From the IMG/VR virus record IMGVR_UViG_3300045119_000157, positions 19,579-83,578 of that record: DNA of 64,000 nucleotides. One strand, 5' to 3'. The notes under the pieces were generated by a model. The model saw only the letters and a list, made by a program, of their open reading frames with translations. It was not told the origin of the DNA and did no database searches. Below, piece after piece: positions 1-8,476 of this stretch. The stretch's first letter is position 1; each line of letters starts with the position of its first letter. Both the position numbers and the translations under genes were made by a program. This DNA is from a virus.

Positions 1-1
1 C

Positions 2-1189
2 GGCGACCTCGACGAGACGAAGTGGTCGTTCTCCCGTGTCCAGCAGAACACGAACCCGACGCAGGGACTCGTCAACAACTACGCCCCTGTCAACGCCGAC
101 TTCTGCATCACGAAACAGGTCCGCCTCGCGGACAACGACAGCTTCATCTGCGGCGCCCAGTTCGGTGAATCGAATCACTGGATGGAGGCGATGAACGACA
201 ACGAGCAGTACGCCTCGCAGGGCGCACGGATCCTTCAGCCGTTCGACTTCGCCAACCGCACCGGGACCATCGACTTCAGCGTTGACGCCAAGAGCGAGGG
301 GACGCACTCGTCGTGGCCTGACATCTTCATCGCCGCCGACCCGGTCCAGCAGCCGCACGAAGACTTCCCCGGCACGCACATCTACCCGCGTGAGGGCGTC
401 CAGATCTCGCTCAACGCCGACTGGTGTCCCGGCCAGTACACCGGCAACAAGGCGACACAGACCTTCACGTCGAACGCCGTCCGAGACATCAACGTGTACG
501 ACAACTATCAGGAGAGCCAGTCGAACGATCACTCGTCGTCGTGCTTCTCGACGGCGCCGGACATGGCGAACCACTTCCAGATCCGCATCTCACAGACACG
601 CGTCGAGGTGTGGGCCTCGAACGACGACGGCTCGAACTTCTCGCTCCGGCTCGCCCGCAACGTCAACCTCGGGTTCACCCGCGGCTACGTGTCCTTCGAA
701 CACGCGCAGTACAACGCCGACAAGTTCAACGACATGAACCCGACGACGTACCACTGGCACGCCATCAGCTTCGACGGTCCCGTGCTTCCGCTGGATCGTG
801 ACTATCAGGTCCCCGACGCGCTGGTGCCACGCCCGGACGGGACAGTGAACCTCGGCTACCAGACGCCGACGCAGACGTTCTCGCTGCCGGGCGGTAACCC
901 GTCGGGCGCGTCGAAGGCGTACGTCACCGCGAACGTGTACTGGTACTCGTCGCCGCTCGCGCTCACCGTCACCGTGAACGGTCACGCGTACACGGCTCCC
1001 GCGCCTGATCCGAACACGAATCAGGATCCGTTCGGGGTCAGTCACCGTTACCAGTGGAGCTACATCCTGCTGCCCGTGAACCTGGCGGATCTGGCGGCGG
1101 GGACGAACACGGTGCAGATCGCGAACACGGGCTGCTCGGATCAGTGCCCGACGGTCGCGAACGTCGACTTGGAGGTCGTCCCCGGATAA
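2..1189 (+). CDS. 5'-truncated beta-rich protein, possibly carbohydrate-binding (lectin/ConA-like)
   Basis: The frame of ORF 182..1189 is open back to base 2. Rich in Asn/Asp/Thr/aromatic residues with Cys pairs; fold is only a guess. Confidence 0.5.
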   Translation, partial: GDLDETKWSFSRVQQNTNPTQGLVNNYAPVNADFCITKQVRLADNDSFICGAQFGESNHWMEAMNDNEQYASQGARILQPFDFANRTGTIDFSVDAKSEGTHSSWPDIFIAADPVQQPHEDFPGTHIYPREGVQISLNADWCPGQYTGNKATQTFTSNAVRDINVYDNYQESQSNDHSSSCFSTAPDMANHFQIRISQTRVEVWASNDDGSNFSLRLARNVNLGFTRGYVSFEHAQYNADKFNDMNPTTYHWHAISFDGPVLPLDRDYQVPDALVPRPDGTVNLGYQTPTQTFSLPGGNPSGASKAYVTANVYWYSSPLALTVTVNGHAYTAPAPDPNTNQDPFGVSHRYQWSYILLPVNLADLAAGTNTVQIANTGCSDQCPTVANVDLEVVPG

Positions 1190-1194
1190 GGGAC

Positions 1195-1223
1195 TGGACA
1201 ACGGTGTGCACCGGGTGTACGTT
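1195..1223 (+). promoter_or_regulatory. Class A promoter/operator, copy 1
   Basis: TGGACA-17 nt-TACGTT, palindrome GTGCACCGGGTGTAC at 1206-1220, ATG 6 nt downstream at 1230. Confidence 0.8.
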
Positions 1224-1229
1224 GTGGGC

Positions 1230-1517
1230 ATGGAGCGCACAGCCAACACCAGCAGCGGGAACTTCCCGCAGAAAGGGGACACCATGTCCTTCTCAGTGCA
1301 GGCCGCTTGCCCCATCTGCCGCGAGGCGGTCGTCGAGACGACCGATCCCGGCTTCCACGCCTGCCAGGTCGAAGTCCCGACCTGTCCCGGCTGCCGGTTC
1401 GAGTCCGGCATCACGTCGGCCACTGTCCGCCGGACAGCGTTCATGGCGCTGATCGGCATGGCAGCGAAGCCGGAGACGGTGCTCATGCACCGTGACGGTC
1501 TGGTGGCGTTCGGATGA
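1230..1517 (+). CDS. Small Zn-ribbon protein (cassette gene)
   Basis: CPIC and CPGC motifs; leaderless ATG 1230 or SD-led ATG 1284. Confidence 0.65.
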   Translation: MERTANTSSGNFPQKGDTMSFSVQAACPICREAVVETTDPGFHACQVEVPTCPGCRFESGITSATVRRTAFMALIGMAAKPETVLMHRDGLVAFG

Positions 1518-1651
1518 GCGCCAAGTTCATCGTCGTGTGCGACGACTACCGCATCGAGTGCTCGACGTTGGAGCAGGCGGAACGGCGGCTCGCCGAGATC
1601 GAGCGCGCCGGTCACTGCCGCAACGAGCATCAGATCAAGCCGGTCGGGTAG
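1514..1651 (+). CDS. 45-aa hypothetical protein MSAKFIVVCDDYRIEC...
   Basis: ATGA overlap with the previous stop; not in the ORF track. Confidence 0.55.
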   Translation: MSAKFIVVCDDYRIECSTLEQAERRLAEIERAGHCRNEHQIKPVG

Positions 1652-1662
1652 GCGGCTACCCT
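1646..1662 (+). promoter_or_regulatory. Class B element (GGGTAG-N4-CTACCC) with -10 TACCCT
   Basis: 6-bp inverted arms; GTG start 7 nt after TACCCT. Confidence 0.65.
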
Positions 1663-1669
1663 GCCCGGC

Positions 1670-3409
1670 GTGATCCCGGTCCTGTGGACGACGTTCCATC
1701 CCGACGCGCCGTGCCGCGGCTACTGGGATCAGGGTTGGCTTGAACGTGTCCTATCTGGCCGGGTGCGGCGCACACGCCACGAGTTCGAGTCGGTCGAGGT
1801 GCGTTCGCCTGCACACTGGCCGCATCCAGAGATCGGCGCTGTCGTGGTGCTCCCTGGCAGCTACAACGCTGACCGGATCGCTGAGGTCAACGCGTTCATC
1901 GACCGCCTGTCGTGGGCGGTCCTGTTCATCACTTCTGATGAGGAGTCGCTGTTCCCGGTCGAGCAGCTACGTCACCCGCGGCTCATCGTGTACGTCGAGC
2001 CGGACATGGAGCGCCTGTACGACGACGGCGTCCGGTTCCTCGGGATGCAGTGCAAGGCCGACACGCATGACCTGCTCGCTGAACGGCAGCCGGAGATGGC
2101 GTACCGGAAGGTCGACGTGTTCTTCGCCGGGCAGGTGACGCACGCACGCCGGGAGCGGTGCGCTGACGCGGTGCTGGACGCACGCCGGTACGGGCTGTCC
2201 GTGGATCAGGTGTTCACCGAGTCGTTCACGGCGGGACTGCCACGCGAGGAGTACCTGACTGCGCTGGCGGGCGCACGGGTCGCGCCGTGCCCGTCCGGTC
2301 CCGCGATCGTGGACTCGTTCCGGCTGTGGGAAGCGTTAGAGGCCGGGTGCGTGCCGGTCGCTGACGCCCGGAGGGAAGGGTCGAAGGAGGGCTACTGGCA
2401 GCGTGCGTTCGGTGACCCGGCGTTCCCGATCCTCGATGACTGGTCAGAGTTCCCGCTGGTGGCGCGCCGGATCGTGGACAACTGGCCGTCGGACGCGAAC
2501 CGGGTGCAGGCGTGGTGGCAGCGGTGGCAGCGTGACTTCACCGTCTCGTTGGACGACACGATCGACCGTCTGTCGGGTGTGGGCACGCCGGTCGCGCTGG
2601 CTGACCTGTTGACGGTGATGGTGCCGTCGTCACCGATCGAGTCGCACCCGTCGACTGCGGTGCTGGACGAAACGCTCGACTCAATCGAGGAGCGCCTGCC
2701 GGGTGTCGAGGTGATCGTCGGGTTCGACGGTGTCCGCCCGGAGCAGGCCAAGTTCGTAGGCGTGTACGGCGAGTACGTGAACCGTGCGCTCACCGGGTTC
2801 TCGTTCGGCCGCGGGAACGTGACGCCGGTCGTGCTGCCGGAGTGGGGTCACCAGGCGAACGTGACGAGGGCGATGCTCGATCTGGTGCGGACGCCCGTGG
2901 TGCTGTTCGTAGAGCATGACTGCCCGTTACAGGGCGACATCCCGTTCGACGCGCTCACGGGCCTTGTGGCGGCCGGAGAAGCGAACGTGGTGCGCCTTCT
3001 GCACGAGGCGAACATTCTGGAACCGCACCGGCATCTGATGCTCGACGACGAGCCACGCGACGTGGCCGGTGTCCCGCTGGTCGGGACGATCCAGTGGTCA
3101 CAGCGCCCGCATCTGGCGTCGACCGCGTACTACCGGCACATCTTGCACCGCTACTTCGGGCGTGAGAGCCGAACGATGATCGAGGACGTCATGCACGGTG
3201 TCGTCCAGCGGGCAGCGGAGGACGGCGGCTGGGGAATGGACCGGATCTTCATTTACGCGCCGCCGGGTGACATGAAACGGTCGACGACGTCGGACGGGCG
3301 CGGGTCGGAACCGAAGTTCGACATGCTCGTCGCGTACGACGGGGATCAGCCGGAGTGGGCGCCACGGCCGACGGTCGAGACGGACGAGTACCGGCAGCCC
3401 GCGTCGTGA
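1670..3409 (+). CDS. Two-domain glycosyltransferase (exostosin/GT47-like plus GT-A-like)
   Basis: N-half has DVFFAGQ, PCPSG..DSFRLWEALEAGCVPV; C-half has VIVGFDG and VLFVEHD. Confidence 0.7.
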   Translation: MIPVLWTTFHPDAPCRGYWDQGWLERVLSGRVRRTRHEFESVEVRSPAHWPHPEIGAVVVLPGSYNADRIAEVNAFIDRLSWAVLFITSDEESLFPVEQLRHPRLIVYVEPDMERLYDDGVRFLGMQCKADTHDLLAERQPEMAYRKVDVFFAGQVTHARRERCADAVLDARRYGLSVDQVFTESFTAGLPREEYLTALAGARVAPCPSGPAIVDSFRLWEALEAGCVPVADARREGSKEGYWQRAFGDPAFPILDDWSEFPLVARRIVDNWPSDANRVQAWWQRWQRDFTVSLDDTIDRLSGVGTPVALADLLTVMVPSSPIESHPSTAVLDETLDSIEERLPGVEVIVGFDGVRPEQAKFVGVYGEYVNRALTGFSFGRGNVTPVVLPEWGHQANVTRAMLDLVRTPVVLFVEHDCPLQGDIPFDALTGLVAAGEANVVRLLHEANILEPHRHLMLDDEPRDVAGVPLVGTIQWSQRPHLASTAYYRHILHRYFGRESRTMIEDVMHGVVQRAAEDGGWGMDRIFIYAPPGDMKRSTTSDGRGSEPKFDMLVAYDGDQPEWAPRPTVETDEYRQPAS

Positions 3410-3428
3410 ACGTCCACCCGGCCTGACA

Positions 3429-3444
3429 GGTAGCGGGCTACCCT
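3429..3444 (+). promoter_or_regulatory. Class B element
   Basis: GGTAG-CGGG-CTACC, TACCCT, GTG 7 nt downstream at 3452. Confidence 0.65.
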
Positions 3445-3451
3445 CCCGGTC

Positions 3452-4228
3452 GTGAACATCGCGGTCATCAACGAGTCAACCCTGCTCGAAGAAGCATCCG
3501 TCCAGTTGATTGTCGACGCGCTCCGTACGTCGCTGCGGGTGTTCTCGTACGACTGGGATCTGGTCATGCCGAACGTCGAGCACGGCCACCGCGGTCAGGA
3601 ACAGATCGAACTCGCGGAACGGCATCCGTGCATCATCGTGCTCCTCGATGACGCTGATCAGGCTGGCGCGCTCGGGTATCACGCGACGACACCGGACGGG
3701 AAGCCGTACGCCGCAGTGTTCGTGCGTGACTCCGTCCATGACCTCGGGAACGTGTCCGCTGTGCCGTCCCCGGTGCCGGTGCAGATGGTCGCTGACTACG
3801 TCGTGCAGGTCGTCGACCACGAGGCGAAGGAAGCACTCCTCGACCCTGACGCGGCGGACTTCGTGGACGCTGGCGACGGTTCGCTGTGGGCGAAGGAGGC
3901 GTGCGACGCGGTCGAGTCGGAGGTGCTGTACGTGACCGCGTCGGCGACGGAGACACGATGCGTCGTGTCGGACTATGTGATGCCGTCGTTCTTCATGGTC
4001 GGGTCGCCGGGTCCGTATGACCGGGCGGGCGTGTTGAAGGCTCCGTTCACGTTGGCGCCGGGCGGGTACACGATCGTCGAGCAGGGCGGCACGGTGTCGC
4101 AACGGTTCGGTGACATGGCGGACGGGTGGCGGCGCGCGAAGCATGAGGCAGCGTTCACAGCGGACCCGACGGCGACGGCGACGGCGTCTCGTACGGGCTG
4201 GCGGGTCGTGCGCGCAGCCATCCAGTGA
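3452..4228 (+). CDS. Putative metallopeptidase-like protein
   Basis: DDADQAGALGYH, HEAKE..DP and E.CD.V motifs. Confidence 0.5.
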   Translation: MNIAVINESTLLEEASVQLIVDALRTSLRVFSYDWDLVMPNVEHGHRGQEQIELAERHPCIIVLLDDADQAGALGYHATTPDGKPYAAVFVRDSVHDLGNVSAVPSPVPVQMVADYVVQVVDHEAKEALLDPDAADFVDAGDGSLWAKEACDAVESEVLYVTASATETRCVVSDYVMPSFFMVGSPGPYDRAGVLKAPFTLAPGGYTIVEQGGTVSQRFGDMADGWRRAKHEAAFTADPTATATASRTGWRVVRAAIQ

Positions 4229-4419
4229 TCCGCTACTACGTCCGCTGCGCTACATGCGCCGTCGAGTACGAGTTGACGCGGGAGATCATCCACGGGCCGT
4301 TCCCGCTCGAAGATGGCGGTGTGTTACGTGAGGCCGTCTGCCCGCGGGACAAGACGATGATGTGGCGGCAGGTCGACTATCCCGACGTGGAACCTGAGAT
4401 CCATCGGCGGGTCCAGTGA
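4225..4419 (+). CDS. Small Cys-containing hypothetical protein
   Basis: CATC...CPRD; 4-bp overlaps at both ends. Confidence 0.55.
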   Translation: MIRYYVRCATCAVEYELTREIIHGPFPLEDGGVLREAVCPRDKTMMWRQVDYPDVEPEIHRRVQ

Positions 4420-4817
4420 CGGAGTGCAACGGCTGCGGGTCATGCTGCGACCCGGTCACGATCCCGTATACGAAACTCGACGCTGCGACGGACTACACGC
4501 TCGACGACCGGACGCGGCGCTGGGTGCTCGACGACCTGACACCCATGTCACGCCGTGACGTGCTGGACCGGGAGCCGTGGCTGCTCGACAAGTCGACCCG
4601 TCTCTCCGCCGCTGTCGACGGCGGCGACCTGTTCGTCCCGTACTTCTATTCGTGCCGCTGGTTCGATGAGACGGAGCGGCGGTGCACGAACTGGGATGAC
4701 CGTCCGGCGCCGTGCCGGATGTACCCGTGGCTTGACGAGCCGCAGCCGACGGCTGCGTTGCCGCCGACGTGTTCGTTCCGGGCGGACATCGGGCAGCCCG
4801 TCGAGATCCGTGCCTGA
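4416..4817 (+). CDS. YkgJ-family cysteine-cluster (CxxCxxCC) protein
   Basis: CNGCGSCC ... C.WFD...RCT.W..RP..CR.YP signature. Confidence 0.8.
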   Translation: MTECNGCGSCCDPVTIPYTKLDAATDYTLDDRTRRWVLDDLTPMSRRDVLDREPWLLDKSTRLSAAVDGGDLFVPYFYSCRWFDETERRCTNWDDRPAPCRMYPWLDEPQPTAALPPTCSFRADIGQPVEIRA

Positions 4818-4926
4818 TCGTGATCGTTCGGGTGTGGTGCCGGGTCCGTGAGCACAAGTGGGGTCCGTGGCAGTTTCTCACCTGCCGAGATCAGTACCGG
4901 GACTGTTCGCGTTGCGGGATGCGCGG

Positions 4927-5931
4927 ATGGAAACGGTGACCCGTCTCGGCGTTATCGCCAGAGCGGACGACGGCGGCCTTGGCCAACAGACTCGTGAGGT
5001 CGTAGAGCGGCTTGACGCGGACGTGACGCTCGCTGTGCTCCTCGGGCCGAACGCCCGTGGTGTCGAGAACTTCGCCCGGTTCGCCGGACGGGAGACGGTC
5101 GTGAACCGTGGGCCACGGTTGGAGGACGACGTCCTCGACGCGGTCCTGTCGAAGTGCGACGTGCTGTACACGATCGAAGGACCGTACGCGCCGGACCTGT
5201 TCGAGCGGTGCTGCGCTGCTGGTGTGCGGCTCGTGATCCACGCGAACCCGGAACTGTGGCGCGGATGGGACTGCCACAAGCTGATCGTCCCGACCGACTG
5301 GCGTGTCCCGCACGACGCTGAAGTGTTCCCGTTCCCGGTCGACACCGTCCGGCTGCGCCCGTCAGCGCGGGCTGAGATCCCGACGTTCGTGCATGTGACC
5401 GGACCGGCGATGCTCGACCGTCAGGGCACACAGCTAGTCGAGGGAGCGTTCCGCCACATCCGCCACGAGTGCGAAGTCATCCTCCGCTGCGACGGCATCG
5501 ACGACACGCACGGTGTCGGCAACGTCCGGGTCCGCACGATGCCACGGACCCGCGACTACTGGGAAGCGATCCCCGACGGCTGCTGGGCGCTATTGCAGCC
5601 ACGCCGGTACGGCGGACTTTCGCTGCCGATACAGGAGGCCGCGGCACGGGGACTGCCGACGATCTGCCTGGACCGGGAGCCGGAGTCGACGTTCTACGGT
5701 CTGGTGACGGTCCGCTGCCCGGTCACGGAGACGCAGCCGCATCACATGGCCGGAGGCACGATCGACGTCGCTGACTGCGACCCGGAGGTGTTGGCTGCGA
5801 CGGTCGACGAGTTCATCGACCGGGAACGGGACCGGCCGCTGCTGTCGTACGCGCCGCATGAGCCGCGCTGGTGGGCGGAACGCCACTCATGGGACCGGCT
5901 CCTGCCCGTGTACGAGGCGCTCCTCCGATAG
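4927..5931 (+). CDS. Glycosyltransferase (GT-B, GT4-like)
   Basis: GGLGQQT near the N-terminus, PVDT, PRRYGGLSLPIQEAAARGLP, C-terminal SWDRL; start uncertain (4858 possible). Confidence 0.75.
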   Translation: METVTRLGVIARADDGGLGQQTREVVERLDADVTLAVLLGPNARGVENFARFAGRETVVNRGPRLEDDVLDAVLSKCDVLYTIEGPYAPDLFERCCAAGVRLVIHANPELWRGWDCHKLIVPTDWRVPHDAEVFPFPVDTVRLRPSARAEIPTFVHVTGPAMLDRQGTQLVEGAFRHIRHECEVILRCDGIDDTHGVGNVRVRTMPRTRDYWEAIPDGCWALLQPRRYGGLSLPIQEAAARGLPTICLDREPESTFYGLVTVRCPVTETQPHHMAGGTIDVADCDPEVLAATVDEFIDRERDRPLLSYAPHEPRWWAERHSWDRLLPVYEALLR

Positions 5932-5935
5932 GGGC

Positions 5936-5964
5936 TGGACAGATGCGTACACCGGGTGTACGGT
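5936..5964 (+). promoter_or_regulatory. Class A promoter/operator, copy 2
   Basis: TGGACA-17-TACGGT, perfect GTACACCGGGTGTAC at 5947-5961, ATG at 5971. Confidence 0.85.
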
Positions 5965-5970
5965 GTCTAC

Positions 5971-6186
5971 ATGACCCGGAACCACACCCTCCACTTCGAG
6001 ATCACGACCACCAGCGGCGAGATCTTCACCGAGCAGTCCCGGAACAGCCTCGGCGGTCACTTCAACATGATGCGCCGCATCGCTGCCCGCTTCGGTGTGG
6101 ACAGGGTGACGCCGGTCGATGAGTCCGGGCGCAACTGGAACGCCGGGAGCACGACCTTCACGATGGCCGAAGTCAACAAGCTGTAA
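5971..6186 (+). CDS. Hypothetical cassette protein
   Basis: Leaderless ATG 6 nt after the -10. Confidence 0.65.
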   Translation: MTRNHTLHFEITTTSGEIFTEQSRNSLGGHFNMMRRIAARFGVDRVTPVDESGRNWNAGSTTFTMAEVNKL

Positions 6187-6203
6187 TCCACCACCTGAGA
6201 GAC

Positions 6204-6554
6204 ATGGAGAAGCCGATGAGCACCATCTGGACGGCAGGCCCGCAGGAGGCCCGTCGCTGCACAGAGACAGTCCTGATGCAGTTCGGGATCTTCGGGCGCC
6301 GACCGCACACTGGCATCGGCGTCCTCGGCGCTCTCATGGAAAACGGCTGGACGTACCGACCCGTCGAGGTCGACGGCGCTGAGTACCGCGGCACTGTCCG
6401 ACGGTTCTGCCGGGAGCACCCGACCGGCCGCTACTACGTGGCGACATCGGGTCATGCGATGGCGGTCATCGACGGTGTCCTCGTCGACTCCGCAGAGCGC
6501 GGCCCGGACGGCCGTCGAGTGATCGGCGCGTTCGAGGTTTACCCCGCCGCCTGA
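6204..6554 (+). CDS. Hypothetical cassette protein (MEKPM start)
   Basis: Start motif ATGGAGAAGCCGATG; GRYYVATSGHAMAVIDG.L.DS segment. Confidence 0.7.
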   Translation: MEKPMSTIWTAGPQEARRCTETVLMQFGIFGRRPHTGIGVLGALMENGWTYRPVEVDGAEYRGTVRRFCREHPTGRYYVATSGHAMAVIDGVLVDSAERGPDGRRVIGAFEVYPAA

Positions 6555-6608
6555 CCACTCTCAGCGGTCCGCATAGTCGAGGCGCGTTGTCGGGTACAGT
6601 CCCCGGCG

Positions 6609-6962
6609 ATGCGCGATGAGGACATCCACGTCCACGTTCACGTCCACGCGGACGACGAAGTGTTGCGTGTCCTCCGCACCCTCGAACAGCAAGGAACCGT
6701 CATCATGGCTGACCTGTCCCAACTCACCTCCGACGTCACCGCGAACGGGTCGGTCGTCGACTCCGCCGTCACGCTCCTGAACAGCCTGGCGCAGCAGATC
6801 CGTGACCTGTCCACCGATCCCGCCGCGCTCGCTGACCTCGCCGCGTCGCTCGAAGGCCAGTCCGCTGACCTCGCCGCCGCGGTCCAGGCGAACACGCCCG
6901 CCGCGCCCGAGCCTGCCCCGGCACCGGAACCCGCACCGGCACCCGAGGCTCCTCCCGCCTGA
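6609..6962 (+). CDS. Coiled-coil hypothetical protein with Pro-rich tail
   Basis: TACAGT 8 nt upstream of the ATG; APEPAP repeats. Confidence 0.65.
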   Translation: MRDEDIHVHVHVHADDEVLRVLRTLEQQGTVIMADLSQLTSDVTANGSVVDSAVTLLNSLAQQIRDLSTDPAALADLAASLEGQSADLAAAVQANTPAAPEPAPAPEPAPAPEAPPA

Positions 6963-6968
6963 ACCCCT

Positions 6969-7010
6969 GTCCGGGTCGCGGCTACTTCCCAGGGCGGTCG
7001 CGACCCGGAC
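6969..7010 (+). terminator. GC-rich hairpin, probable terminator
   Basis: GTCCGGGTCGCG / CGCGACCCGGAC, 12-bp perfect stem. Confidence 0.65.
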
Positions 7011-7023
7011 TACCAACAAACAC

Positions 7024-7053
7024 TGGACAGCATCGGTGCACCGGGTGTACGTT
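7024..7053 (+). promoter_or_regulatory. Class A promoter/operator, copy 3
   Basis: TGGACA-18-TACGTT, GTGCACCGGGTGTAC at 7036-7050, ATG at 7060. Confidence 0.8.
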
Positions 7054-7059
7054 GAGTAC

Positions 7060-7302
7060 ATGGAAAAGCCGATGAGCACCTACGTCGAGGAGATCCCCGC
7101 CGCCGCCGTATGCGCCGGAGACTGGATCAAGACCACGGGGCGCCCGTCACCGATGCTCGTGCTCGGCAACCTCCGCCAGCGGACCGCAGACGGTCGCCGT
7201 GGTCGCCGTGCTCGTCCGTGGGCAGCGACTGTCCAGACCGATGACGGTCCGATGGATCTCTACATCGGTGAGACGGTCATCCTCTGCCGCCCGCCTGCGT
7301 GA
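7060..7302 (+). CDS. Hypothetical cassette protein (MEKPM start)
   Basis: Start motif ATGGAAAAGCCGATG. Confidence 0.65.
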   Translation: MEKPMSTYVEEIPAAAVCAGDWIKTTGRPSPMLVLGNLRQRTADGRRGRRARPWAATVQTDDGPMDLYIGETVILCRPPA

Positions 7303-7316
7303 ACTAGACAGACGTC

Positions 7317-8204
7317 GTGGTCGACGTCTTCTGCTCAGCGGCTCACTACGCCCGGCAGATACGCCCGATCTACGACCTGCTCCCCGACACGCATCGGGGG
7401 ACGTGGTACGACGCGCATGAGGATCCCGGCGGCGGAGACGTCATCGTCGTCGGCGCATACCGCGACCTCAGATGGGTCCGCGGCCGCTACCGCCGCTGCT
7501 GCCTCGTGGAGCACGGCATCGGCCAGTCCTATGCGACGCAGCCGGATCACCCGGCGTATCCGGGCGGCAACCGCGACGCGTATGATCTACTCCTCGCACC
7601 GGGTCCGGCTGTCGTCGATGCGTCCGCCTGCTCGACGGTGTATGTCGGATCCCCGACGGCACGGCAGGCCGGGTCGGATAGTTCTCCCCGCACCCGGTTC
7701 GCCGTGTCGTTTCACTGGGACTGCGGGATAGCGGTCGAGGCTGGGACCGCGTTTTGGGAGTATCTCCCGCACTTGGCGCGGCAGGCCGAGAAGCTGCCCG
7801 GCGGTCTACTGGTGCACGCGCACCCGCGGATCGCTGACGAAGTGTTCGGCCAGACGGCACGGGTGGCGGGGTTGGAGCCGTGCCCGTCGTTCGAGCAGGT
7901 TGTGGACGAGGCGTGCGTGTACGCGGTGGATAACTCATCGACGTTGTACGAGTTCGCTGCGCTTGACCGTCCCGTGGTCGTGTTGAACTCGCAGTTGTGG
8001 CGCCGGGACGTGTTTCACGGGAAACGTTTCTGGCAGTGGGCGGACGTCGGCGAGCAGATCGAGAGCGGCGGACAGTTGGCGGGCGCGATGCTCCGTGCCG
8101 TCGAGGTGGACCCGTGGGCTGAACGTCGCCGCGTGATCGTCGGTGAGGTGTATGCGGGTGATACGCAGGCTGGCGTCGATGCGCTAGTACGGTTGCCGCC
8201 GTGA
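7317..8204 (+). CDS. GT-B fold transferase (CDP-glycerol glycerophosphotransferase-like)
   Basis: VEHG, HAHP, and DNSSTLYEFAALDRPVVVL motifs. Confidence 0.7.
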   Translation: MVDVFCSAAHYARQIRPIYDLLPDTHRGTWYDAHEDPGGGDVIVVGAYRDLRWVRGRYRRCCLVEHGIGQSYATQPDHPAYPGGNRDAYDLLLAPGPAVVDASACSTVYVGSPTARQAGSDSSPRTRFAVSFHWDCGIAVEAGTAFWEYLPHLARQAEKLPGGLLVHAHPRIADEVFGQTARVAGLEPCPSFEQVVDEACVYAVDNSSTLYEFAALDRPVVVLNSQLWRRDVFHGKRFWQWADVGEQIESGGQLAGAMLRAVEVDPWAERRRVIVGEVYAGDTQAGVDALVRLPP

Positions 8205-8476
8205 TCGAAGCGGTCGAGGACATGTTGGCCGTGTTCCGGCTGACTCGTCTGGCGACTGTGGACACGTTCCCGCCCGTGCAGCGGCTCCGATGGAAGATCC
8301 TGCAACGCTGGCCGGAGACGGACTGGCGGGTCGAACTCCTCACCTGCCCGTGGTGCCTGTCGTTCTGGTTCGCTCTCGCTGCTGTGATCGTCAGAGACCG
8401 GCCTGTGTGGCGTCGTGTGCTCGCCCCGGCGCTCGCGGGTAGCGCTGTGGCCGGGATCCTGAGCGAGCGAACGTGA
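8201..8476 (+). CDS. DUF1360-like small membrane protein
   Basis: RLTRL..D and LLTCPWCLSFW motifs; directly upstream of portal. Confidence 0.7.
   Translation: MIEAVEDMLAVFRLTRLATVDTFPPVQRLRWKILQRWPETDWRVELLTCPWCLSFWFALAAVIVRDRPVWRRVLAPALAGSAVAGILSERT

Noticed and set aside
5947-5961. Palindrome as an actinobacterial SOS box
   Set aside because: Does not match CGAAC-N4-GTTCG.
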